Assembly (NCBI GenBank): GCA_028534125.1
Contig: CM052817.1
Span: forward strand, 104,596,001 to 104,660,000
Origin: Lama glama
Taxonomy: Eukaryota
Direction of reading: 5' to 3'
Length of the DNA: 64,000 nucleotides
Of the stretch, positions 53,449-64,000 are shown piece by piece. Each line of letters opens with the position of its first letter. Within the stretch, counting starts at the first letter, position 1. A model generated the notes under the pieces. The model made no database searches. It was not told the DNA's origin and saw nothing but the letters and a program-made list of their open reading frames with translations. Position numbers and translations under genes: made by a program.

Positions 53449-54764
53449 CTGAGTGTGGTGGAAAGGGAGTGCAAGGAACGAGGAAAATTTGGGGCGAGTC
53501 ACTTAGTTACACAATATAAAAAAGGTGGGCGCGTCAGCGTTCCGACAGGAATTTTGATTTAACACATTCCGTTTGCTCTTTGGTAACTCCTGAAGCACAG
53601 GGAAAACCTAGGGGCGGGAAGAGGGAGGGAGTGTGCTTTGACACCTCCCCCACCCCCTCTTTTTTTTTTTTTTTTTTAAAGAGCTCTCAGATTAACAATT
53701 TCCACCAGGACCCTAGGGAAAGTGTAACAGGAGGAAGCCCAGGGCTTGCCTGGCTCTGCCTGAACGGGAACCCCAGCCCGGGAGCTGTCAGTCCCTGGAT
53801 TCCAGGCTCCTTCCTTGGAAGCAAAAGAGAGCAGAAAGCTGGCGGCACAGTTCCCCACCCGTGACTAAAGACTGAGAGCTTTTCAGTGGGTAAATACTGC
53901 CTTATTCGTCTTTTCTTACTGTTTTAAGGCTGCTGTCTGTTGAGCAAGCCTTCCTGGAAGGGAAAAGAACAGAGAGTTATGTAACCTGTGTCGATAAACT
54001 AGCAGTAACTTTGGAAGGATGCTGTACCAAGGCGATCATTTGTTTTCCAAAAACAAGGGAGATGAGTGACCAGTTCTGAGCATATGAAGAAAGGTATCTG
54101 CAGCAGGTTATGACCGGAGAGCTGTGTTTTCAGGTAGTAAGAGGAAGGGTCGAGGCCAGCATTCTGATTGAAATGGAGAAGGAAATTTCCCTTTGGAAGG
54201 GGGCCAATTTGCCAACTGGTGATACATGTTTGCAGTGTGTCCGTTTTGTCTCTGAAGGCACACGACAGCTATATTGAAATATAACCACCTTTAATTTTTC
54301 TCAGTGTCTGTCATTGCATGCCTTATCTTAGAAATATACATTGGAATAGTAAATATCAAATCTTTTCCTTTTGCAAAGGTAATGCATGTAAATTCGTTCT
54401 CAATATTGTTATTTTCTCACATTCTGGAGATCGTACTAAGGTAGGCTGAGAATACATATTGTATCCAATGCAGACCTGTTTTACCCAATTAGAATGACAT
54501 GCACTTAGCATAAACGTCTTCCAAATACATTTAAACAATAAAGTTTGTATTTTCCGTATAGCGAAGTTAACTTCTACTTAATGAAGAACCAGCTCTTCCT
54601 CACAGGAGATGTCTAGCAAATAGAATTTCAAAGGTATCCAAATAGAGTTTCAGTATATTTAAACTAAATTCATCTGCGAGAAAGATTTGTAGCCCATAGA
54701 TTGTAATAATTTAATAAATGTTTGCGTTAGTTCCCATATGTGTTGAATTTTGTCAGTCAGTCAA

Positions 54765-55445
54765 GAGATATAAACTGTTTTTCTTCCTTTTCCCTGCTAA
54801 CACCTCCAGTCTCTCTCACCTGAATTATTGCACCAGCCTCTAAAGGAGTCTCCCTACTTCTGCTCTCTCCTATCTTCAGTCTTTGAAAACAACTGTGAGG
54901 GGAATAATCTGAAAGCAAGTCAGAGAACTTCATGCCTTTGCCAGCGCCTCTCCAGCAAGTCCTCATCTGTCCCAGATGCAAGGTTAAAGGCTGTCCCATG
55001 GAGACAGGCGCCCACAGTCTCTTTCTCCTCTGTTTACCTTTCCAGTGACTTATAGTCTCTGCCTTATTTATTCTTCTCCTCGTCTGTCTGACACAACAAG
55101 CATCCTTTCTTCTTAGGGATCTCACATTTGTTCTTCCCACCTGGGGCACATCCCGAAGGTATCTGCCTGACTTCCTCCCTCAAGGCAAGGCTCACCGCCA
55201 TCTCCCCAGGCACTCAGAGGCCTTCCCTGCCCCCCGGTAACAAGCTGCACCCCCCAGTCCCAGTCCCCCTTCCTTGCTTCATTTTCCTCCGTGGCACTTC
55301 CTATCCAACACCCTGTCTCTTCTATGGATCCATTTGTCCTTGTCTTTCTGTGCCCACAAGACTAGACACTCAACAGGAAGGTCACTGTTGTCTCCACTAA
55401 AACCACACATGACACAATGTCCTGCTCAATAAAAATTAAAGTGTG
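54765..55445 (+). mobile_element. L2 LINE 3' part in NPY1R intron 1
   Basis: ctctctcacctgaattattgcaccagcctc...tgctcaataaa L2 motifs. Confidence 0.7.
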
Positions 55446-55570
55446 AATGGACTCTCTTTCAGAAACAACTTTTTTTTTTTTACACAAAGTGGAACATTTT
55501 CCCCCTTTATACCTAACCAAATAAAATGACTATTATAATTAGCATCCATTTTGCATGTAAAAGGACTAAT

Positions 55571-55993
55571 TGTGTGGACAAGAACATCACCTGCTGTGGC
55601 AGTAAACAAGGGTGCTGTGGCCATGGGGCCCTCAGCCACTGCAGGTGCCCTCCAGCTGTGCCTCCAGGGAACTCGGGAGGGAAAGAACGGGACACTGGCC
55701 CTAGAGAGCTAGGTGCATGGCAAAGGAATGGGTTCAGTGAGCCCAGACTCTTGCAAATTCCCATACATGGAAAAGCATTAAATTCATTGACTCTGGTTTT
55801 CTTTCATTAACGGTTATCTTTTGATGTTTCAACTACCTGGCTCTTGTTGCAAAAACTCCTGTCTCCTGGCTTCTCCCTCAATTCTTCAGAGCCATCTGAG
55901 AGGCTGCCTCCTGGGCTTGTGTCCAGCAAGTCCGCCAAATGACACAGAATTCTCAACTTTTAGGTTGCCTACTTTCTTCTTTTTCAGTTGACA
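55571..55993 (+). mobile_element. ERV1 solo LTR in NPY1R intron 1, related to the 23712/26299 LTRs
   Basis: cagagccatctgagaggctgcctcctgggc...tttcagttgaCA is homologous to 26653-26760 and 24066-24156. Confidence 0.8.
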
Positions 55994-57947
55994 GTGGAAT
56001 TTGGCTTTTGATGTTAATATTAACTCACGCAAGAACCTACTATTCCATCGATGCCTCTGCTATGTCATCAACACATTTCTGTTCTAAATCTAATATTTGG
56101 AAGGTACTAGGAGATACACAGAGTACCTACCTTAAAGAGGTAATGTTCCATTTGAGAGGAGCCAATTAAGGAGTCAAGGGACTCAGTGGTGCTTTGAAAG
56201 ACGGGTAGAGTGTGGATGGGTGATGGAGATGCAGACGCTCAGTGCCCATTGCCAGGGCACTTGATGACTATAAAGGGACCAGCCCGCTCCATACAGAGCA
56301 TTCTCAGTGGGGCTGTTAGACCAGGAGCGACAGTCAAGTAGCAGTCTTCAGGTGTTGGACGGAGAAAGTGCTCAGTGGTCCCTCCTGGCTGTGTCTCACC
56401 TGGTGTTGACAGTGAGCCAAGGAGGGTCAGAAGATACACTTTCCTGTCACATCAGTTCTACTTTAAATAATGAAGAAAACCCCAGATAACTGAGAAGTTA
56501 TGTTAAATATCTGGGTAGCCACCGAAGTAGGAAGCATGATATAAAAATTTTTCGAATTCTTAAGTGAGAAATCTCCAGAGAATTTTTAGATGAGCAATTG
56601 CTTCCTCCAGGTTTGTCCTCAGATGCTGAGAGACACCCAGAGTCTCTCTGCTTTGGGATTCCGGGGAAAAAGGTGTGATCCCCACAGAGGTTCAGAAGTT
56701 GCTACCAGCTGTCGTGCAGAGGAGGGAAGAACTTTTCTGCAACGTTCCCACATCACATCCGCAAGGACTACCACCTTCTCTAGTTCTGATTCTCTTATTC
56801 TCACTAAGTGGTAGCAACCCTCACTTTTCTTCTTTAGTTTTATAAGGCCAAGTTGCAGGTTGATAATTTAAAAACCATTCTCTGTTGTAGAAAGCAAAAA
56901 CACTCAAGGAAAGGTTCAGTGGAGGCATTGCTTAAAAGTCAAACGCATATTTTGTTCATTAAATTTCTTACCTCCTTTTCAGCGGAAGTAAATCTGCATG
57001 ATTTGCTTTATTGTTCTCACAGAAGAAAGAAAGAAAAAGCAATTCCCTTTCTTAACACGGCCGCAATGGCCTGTTAATTAACATAAGAAACTCTGTCTTG
57101 AATATTTACCTTGTAATCTAAGGGAAATCAGAGATGGCTTTTTTTGGGGGGGGGGAAGCTTTTAAGCCCTACAAGACCATTGTCTGTGATTTGTTTTGTC
57201 AGCAAGAAAAGACTATTCAAATCACAAAATGCTGTGAAAGATCTAAAGTACAACTAAAATTTAGATCTCTGCATTGTATCTGTATACAGTCTCCTGGAGA
57301 CAGAAGATATTTATTTGACTAAAACCATAGATGTCCTTTGAAAGCTTCTGACACATTAATAAAATCAGAGCATCTGAAAGTCAGACAGGGTTTAAGAGTT
57401 AACCAGTGGAATCTCCCACACAGTGTGAGAACTTGCATAGTAGTTACAAACTATTGTGTGTGGACAACTTGCTGGTTTTGCAGGCAGCTCATTATCTCTG
57501 ATTAAACTTTCGTTCTTCATGATGATGGGAAATATTTTTAATACAACACACTTCTCTTGGTCCTGCTTCTAACTTGGATGGACATCATGTTCTGACCCAC
57601 ATGCTATGTATCACAGGCTACCCATTCAAACGTGGGAAGTTGTCTGGACCACTCCTAGGAAGTCATTTCAAGATTAAACACCTTCTGTTCCCTCAGCTCC
57701 TTCATGTAACAAGGTGTCTTGATGTTTTTAATCATCTCCTTTTGAATGCTCTTGTGCCAAATAGTCTGCCCTGGCGATCAGTTCAGTGTATGGTGGGGCT
57801 ATTCCTACAATTTGATAAATTTTTTTATAGTCAGAGGAACAATTAGCTAATTTTGTTTATTTGTTTTTCTTTGTTTCTTTCATATCTTTTTCATAAGTTT
57901 TAATCTGTGCATTAAGTTTTTTGTTACACATTCATATTCCTACAAGG

Positions 57948-58220
57948 TTTTTTTTTTGATCATTTTGTAAAAAAATTTTTATTGAAGTGTAGTTGATTTT
58001 ACAGTGTTAGTTTCAGATGTACAGCAAAGTGATACAGTTACACATGTACACATACATATTTTTTCTTTTCAAATTCTTTTCCATTATATGATATTACAAG
58101 TAATTGAACATAGTTCCCTGTTTTATACAGCAGGTCCCTGTTGTTTTTCTTTTTTACATGTAGCAATGTGTGTCTGTCAATCCCCAGCCACTAATTTATC
58201 CCTCCCTACCCTTTCCCCTT
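57948..58220 (-). mobile_element. L1 3' end in NPY1R intron 1
   Basis: tttttattgaagtgtagttgatt...catagttccctgt; same family as 30735-31010. Confidence 0.88.
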
Positions 58221-58551
58221 TACAGTGTTTAGGAATGTGCTGATAGTCGCTTATGTAAGATTTTGGCTGTGAGATTTACACATATCTTACAAATGTCCGG
58301 ACCACTACATTTTGCTGAAACCCACTGTGTTTCATGCAAGTCCAATTAAAATTTCAAGTCCAATTAAAAGTGTTACTGGAATTTTCTTCAAAATGTTTGC
58401 ACTGTTTCTGCTATTTTAAAAAGTTGTTTATATGGAATACATTTTGCTTATGTATTTCAGTGTCTTCACTTGAAACCATACTGTGAGTCAGAATTCATTT
58501 TGAGTGCCTTCAGTCACATTACTAATGCAGTTGGTTGTTTTCTCTTCACAG

Positions 58552-58702
58552 ATTGTTCAGTTCGAGGAAATGAAGAATTCAGAATAATTTTGAGAAACGG
58601 ACTCCCACATGGAGAATGAGAATCAGTTGAATATTTGACCTGCTCTGAGGAAACATACTGTTTGTTTGTCTGAAGTCATCCGTAACCACCAACCCAATCA
58701 AA
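58552..58702 (+). other. NPY1R: NPY1R 5'UTR part of exon 2
   Basis: Branch-like tactaat (58520-58526), pyrimidine tract and cacag|ATTGTTCAG acceptor at 58551/58552, 151 nt before the ATG. Resembles the human 5'UTR as I recall it. Confidence 0.9.
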
Positions 58703-59401
58703 ATGAATTCAACATTGTTCTCCCGGGCTGAAAATCATTCCATCTACTATAATTTTTCAGTGAAGAATTCCCAGTTTTTGGCGTTTGAAAATGACGATTG
58801 CCATCTGCCTCTGGCCATGATCTTCACACTGGCCCTTGCTTACGGGGCCGTGATCATTCTGGGGGTGTCTGGAAACCTGGCCTTGATCGTCATCATTTTG
58901 AAGCAAAAGGAGATGCGAAACGTCACCAACATCCTGATCGTGAACCTTTCCTTCTCAGACTTGCTAGTGGCCATCATGTGTCTCCCCTTCACATTCGTCT
59001 ACACGCTGATGGACCACTGGGTTTTCGGGGAGGCGATGTGCAAGCTGAACCCTTTTGTGCAGTGTGTCTCCGTCACCGTGTCCATCTTCTCGCTGGTTCT
59101 CATTGCCGTGGAGCGGCATCAGCTGATCATCAACCCTCGGGGCTGGAGACCCAGTAACAGGCACGCTTACGTGGGGATCGCTGTCATTTGGGTCCTCGCT
59201 CTGGCGTCCTCCCTGCCCTTCCTGATCTACCAAGTGCTGACAGATGAGCCTTTCCAGAACGTGACACTCGATGCGTTCAAGGACAAATACGTCTGCTTTG
59301 ATAAGTTTCCGTCGGACTCGCATCGGTTGTCTTACACCACCCTTCTCTTGGTGCTGCAGTATTTTGGCCCACTCTGTTTTATATTTATTTGCTACTTCAA
59401 G
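58703..59401 (+). CDS. NPY1R: Neuropeptide Y receptor Y1, coding exon 1 (aa 1-233, N-terminus to TM5)
   Basis: ORF MNSTLFSRAENHS...GNLALI...NLSFSDLL...CKLNPFVQCVS...AVERHQLIINPRGW...QYFGPLCFIFICYFK is the Y1 receptor sequence. It ends at AAG|GTAAGA (donor at 59402); 699 nt, phase 0. Confidence 0.99.
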
Positions 59402-59471
59402 GTAAGAAAACGTTTTCCCCCTACCATCTCCATTCCTACCATTGAATTACTCACTCAATGAGTGGTTCTAT

Positions 59472-59636
59472 TTTTTTTTAATATTTTATTTATTACCGTA
59501 TTATTTAATTTTTTTAAATTTTGGTGTGGGGGGAGGTAATTAGGTTTGTTTATTTTTGGAGGAAGTTCTGGGGATTGAACCCAGGACCTTGTGCATGCTA
59601 AGCACACGCTCTACCACCTGAGCTATACCCTTCCCC
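59472..59636 (-). mobile_element. Vic-1-like tRNA-derived SINE inside the NPY1R coding intron, TSD GTGGTTCTAT
   Basis: T-rich tail, gggggaggtaattaggttt, ctggggattgaacccaggacc...gagctataccc; TSD at 59462-59471 and 59639-59648. Confidence 0.93.
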
Positions 59637-59683
59637 TGGTGGTTCTATATGAACTCAGTCCTTTATTTTCTTCCTCTCTGTAG

Positions 59684-60136
59684 ATATACATACGCTTGAA
59701 AAGAAGGAACCACATGATGGATAAGATGAGAGACAATAAGTACAGGTCCAGTGAAACCAAAAGAATCAACATCATGTTGCTGTCCATCGTGGTGGCGTTT
59801 GCAGTCTGCTGGTTACCACTCACCATCTTCAACACTGTGTTTGATTGGAATCACCAGATCATTGCCACCTGCAACCATAATCTCTTATTCCTGCTCTGCC
59901 ACCTCACAGCCATGATCTCCACCTGTGTCAACCCCATATTTTATGGCTTCCTGAACAAAAACTTCCAGAGAGACTTGCAGTTCTTCTTCAACTTTTGTGA
60001 TTTCCGGTCTCGGGATGATGACTATGAGACAATAGCCATGTCCACCATGCACACGGATGTGTCTAAGACTTCTCTGAAGCAAGCAAGCCCCGTCGCACTT
60101 AAAAAGATCAGCAGTGATGAGAATGAAAAAATCTGA
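59684..60136 (+). CDS. NPY1R: Neuropeptide Y receptor Y1, coding exon 2 (ICL3, TM6, TM7, C-tail); spliced product 383 aa
   Basis: Acceptor ttttcttcctctctgtag|ATA; reads IYIRLKRRN...CWLPL...NPIFYGFLNKNF...FCDFRSRDDDYETIAMSTMHTDVSKTSLKQASP...EKI*. In frame with the previous exon. Confidence 0.99.
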   Translation: MYIRLKRRNHMMDKMRDNKYRSSETKRINIMLLSIVVAFAVCWLPLTIFNTVFDWNHQIIATCNHNLLFLLCHLTAMISTCVNPIFYGFLNKNFQRDLQFFFNFCDFRSRDDDYETIAMSTMHTDVSKTSLKQASPVALKKISSDENEKI

Positions 60137-61445
60137 GACCGCGGTAGCAGGTGGTCCCAGATGACATCTGCTTGAAAACAAGCACAACCTGCAATGTACT
60201 TTCAGGACTTGTTCCCCCAGGGAATGGGACTGACATCATGGAAGGAAGATAAAGATTTTCTCGTCTTGCTTTTTACTGCTTTTGTAGTAGCTGTCATGAT
60301 TATATTTGGAACAAAACATATGGGCTTTGGAATCTTCTGGCAATAGTATTGGCCAGACAGCCTTGAAGTGCTCTTTTTGTAAACTTATGGATATAATATA
60401 AAGGCTTTTATACTGTATTTATTAGGATGAAATTTCTTTAAAGGACTGCTATTAACTGACTTTAGAAGCACTGCACCTTATGCTCTCGTTCGATGGGGCT
60501 ATCCTGGTTGGATGAGATTGTCGGTGGATTGGGCAGTCCTGGTGGTGATATGCATCCTTTTAGTGTGTTACAGAGGTGATAGCATGCAAAAGCAGCGTCA
60601 GGATGTGAGCTGAGAGTCTGTCTTGTATACATAGCCTGAAGTCATTCAAAAGGGATTTGCATTTTTTTTTAAAGACAGCATTTAATTTGTTCCTAATTGA
60701 TTATCGCTTAAGATTTTAAAAAGTGCATTTAAAAATACTTTTCAGCTATGAAAATATCATGGGGAATTGGGCTACCCACAAGAATTAAGTGGGAAAGGAA
60801 TTTCCTAACTTCAGAACTATTTTGGTACCTGACAACCAAAGGATTTCAGAGTAGTTTAACAAGGAAATTAATGTTGCTGCAAGTAGTTGAAATTGTATTT
60901 ATTTGAATTGATGGTCAAGTGGCCTTCCATTTTTCACAGACTATTTGGTGTTTGTCAACCTTTCTAGCATAAACATACATGTAATTCAAAGGCATTTATT
61001 TCCAGCTTACTATATGTATATATAAAACCACAGAGTGTATTTTCCATACATGAGTGCCTATATAGTAAGTCATTTTTGACTTTCATGTCCATTCTTTCAG
61101 AGGACACCAAGGTACAATGTTGAATGAATGTCCACTTTAGCCGGCAGGGGTAAATACCTGAAAACTGAGGACACTTCACGTAGCCCGTGTTAACTTGTGC
61201 AAACTGTGTGCTTCGTGGAGTCTAACCAATCATGCATTATACAGAGGACTGAGGGGTTGCGTCACGTTAATGTGCTGAATTTCATGTACCCTGTAATCAT
61301 GATGGAGTCTCGGAATCACTGGGAGGGAAGATACTTTAAAGAACAAGATATAGCTTTGATGTATCATACAGACAAAGTATTAAATGTGTTTGATTTTAGA
61401 AGAGCAGACATTTTCTTTAATAAAAGTGTTTCTGCTTTTTCTGAG
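60137..61445 (+). other. NPY1R: NPY1R 3'UTR with poly(A) signal AATAAA at 61419-61424
   Basis: Unique AT-rich sequence after the stop codon; AATAAA is followed by a U/GU-rich downstream element (tttttctgagtagtgtcctttttt). Confidence 0.65.
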
Positions 61446-63789
61446 TAGTGTCCTTTTTTCCCTGTTTCAGTCCTTTGTCTTCCCTCCCGTGACGGTCCAC
61501 AGCATCCTCCAGCTGCCTGCTGAGGAGTGGTTTTCTACCCTGTGGTATTAACTCTTGGTGGTCCAGTCTCCCTCCCATGCTTCCTGAAGCTTCGAGAAGG
61601 CAGGGACTGTTGTAGGTGACTGTGTCCCAGTGCATTTAGCACAGTGCCGAGTACTTAGCAGTTTTTTCTTTTTAATTTCTAAAATAATTGGTTGAATCAG
61701 TAATGATCAAAATCCTTCCTTCTCATTGACAATCATACTGACTTTACTTCCTGAAAGCTTCTTGGACGCCTCCTCCTCAGTTCGTCTTAACCAAGGAGGT
61801 ATTTTCCCTTTTATTATGTTATTTTCTCTCCTAAACTAAGCAAAATGACACTTTAGATTTTAGAAACTTGCATGGTTAGTCTTGTAAGTCAGTCTTATAT
61901 GTTGAATGTTAATATGAATTCAAATTGTAGCGTTAAGAATGACTTTGAGTTAACTGAACAAAGAAAAACAGTTCTAAAACCAGCTTCTAATGTGTATGGG
62001 AAAATGTAATCATCTTTCCTTAACTAAAAGCAGTAGTTTTAAAACTCCCTGGTATTTTCTGCTTTGGAGGACTAATGGGGAATTTTGTCTTTCTCTACTT
62101 AGGTGCTATGGAAACAAACCACTGCTGGAGAACAGCTTTAATGCGCAGGTGCTTTTTTGTCAGCACATTTGCTGAGATGTCACTTCTAGGAACCTCATTC
62201 AGCTGTGCGGGCTGATTCCTTAGCTCTTCATAAATAATGAGCTGAGTATCAAATTCTTCTCTTTTATCCCCAAACAGTGAGTGAACTAGTCGTAAAGTCT
62301 CAGGTCGACAACAGATCCATTGGGATTCAAGAAGAGATAAATGTGCATGCTAAATACGAACAAACCATTGGGTTTTCTTAAACTCAAGAACAAAAACCAA
62401 TTGCTGGTTTAGTACACGAGCATGATTATAATGCAGCTTACATAAATTTAGAATAAAATGATAATAGCCAGAATTCATAAACACTTAGCACGTGCGAGTA
62501 CTATGTCAAGTGCTTAAGTACCTGTGAGGATGTGTGGCTGATATGACCACTTTGCAGGAGAGGCAGTTGAAGCTCAAGGTGAAAAATTTGAGCCCCACCC
62601 AGAGTAACAGTGGGCAGGCACCAAACCGATCTCTGCCCAGTGCTGTGAAACTGATCAGTGTGCTGAACCTGCGATAGCTTTAGGAAATTATCTTTCTCTC
62701 GTTACAAGTTACATTAGGGAGTAACAATACCATTCACCTTCTAAGTTTAGCTGCAGAAAGGAGTCTAGAGGAAAAGTTGAGACACAACGGGGGTGATAAT
62801 TATTCATACCCATAATTCCCTTCTCAGTTATGGGATTCCACTTAAAATAGAATTTGCTTATTCATATCACCTTTATTTCTTTACCATTAACTGCATATTC
62901 TCATCCCTTCCTCTAGTCCACAGATTTCCAAGGATACAGACATGCACATTAGACTACAACTTCAAAATCTGACTGCAGAATAATGTGTATTTTGACAATG
63001 CAAGTATTTCTCCACAAACAGTACAAGTGGTAGACAGAGGCAAATTTAAGCTGGGGTTCCAGGGATAACACTGGCCTCATTCAGTGAGTTTGTGGGCAGT
63101 ACCAAGTCTTTCCTCACAGCCAGGATTTCTCTTCTCAGCAATCAAGTCTTCTTCTGGAATGTAGTTTCTCAGTGAGACATGAAATCTTTCACAGTCTTCA
63201 TATGTTTTTCATCGACTTACTCCCATGGTCCATCAAACAACATGTTTGACTTAAGAGTCAGAGCCCATGAGAATGAGAGCATAGAGCTTTCTAGGGCAAA
63301 TTAACAGGATTTCCCAAATTTCTTTCATTTAATGATTCCTTTATTAATATATCTGTGTATGTGTGTGTGTGTACGTATGCAACACATTGGATAGATAAGA
63401 ATATATGCATTTTTTAGAAAACTATAATTCTACAATTACATAATATATAATTATAATTATATATTATATAGTTATGTTATATAGCAATATTTTCATTGCT
63501 CATTTATTTCTTGATTTCTAATAACAATTATCACCTAGATAGCTTCTGAGATCAAACACAAATTCCTAATCATGGTGATTCAGGCACAGTTGCAGAATTG
63601 AGACATGATCTGTCCCATCCAAGGGCTCTCAGTACAAATCTGCTTTCCTTTTCTCCAGGTCTCTATCTCCTCTGCCCTGGTTTATACAATTCCTAGTCTT
63701 TCTAGTCTTCCAGCCAATGCTTGAGTCATCTTCTAGGATCATTTTCCCAATACGTGTGATACAGGAAAAAATAAAGGGGTGAGAGGATG

Positions 63790-64000
63790 GCTGTGTCCCA
63801 GATCTCAGTGGAGTTCCTGGGACATGCCCTGCCAAGTGAGGGCCCTTGGCTTTGTGTAGGAAGGAATTAAAGAGTGAGCCATAGTTGAGTAAAAGTAGAT
63901 TTCTTTCAGAGAGATGTACACTCCATAGACAGAGTGCAGGCCATCTCAGAAGGCAAGATAAAGGCCAAGAGGTGTGGGGTTGGGTGTTTAGTTTAAAGTA
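63790..64000 (-). mobile_element. ERV LTR cut by the window end
   Basis: ttggctttgtgtaggaaggaattaaagagtgagccatag motif typical of ERV1 LTRs. Confidence 0.65.

Noticed and set aside
58798..59323. Alternative-frame and antisense 119-aa ORFs within NPY1R
   Set aside because: Expected by-products of the high GC3 coding exon, with no independent support.
1..64000. CRISPR arrays, operons or prokaryotic defence systems
   Set aside because: This is mammalian DNA; no repeat-spacer arrays or dense ORF clusters were seen.

Overview
Mammalian genomic DNA, most likely a camelid (inferred from tRNA-derived SINEs with the camelid Vic-1-type tail). It covers the NPY1R/NPY5R neuropeptide Y receptor locus. 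The only intact protein-coding gene is NPY1R (+ strand; non-coding exon ending at 52586, coding exons 58703-59401 and 59684-60136, 383 aa). Two CpG islands lie about 11 kb apart (about 40.8-42.0 kb and 52.1-53.1 kb), matching the known divergent NPY5R/NPY1R promoter layout. No NPY5R coding exon is visible, and an exact 500-N gap (36167-36666) lies roughly where it is expected. The left 36 kb is gene-free and repeat-rich (L1, L2, MIR, MaLR, Tigger, many ERV1 solo LTRs and one two-LTR non-autonomous provirus). The most notable observations are a SINE with TSD inside the normally ~100-bp NPY1R coding intron, CpG enrichment limited to the first coding exon, uORFs, a strong CTCF motif and a chimeric L1. 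I found no convincing novel biological system. Repeat family names and cross-species comparisons come from pattern recognition and memory, not from database searches.
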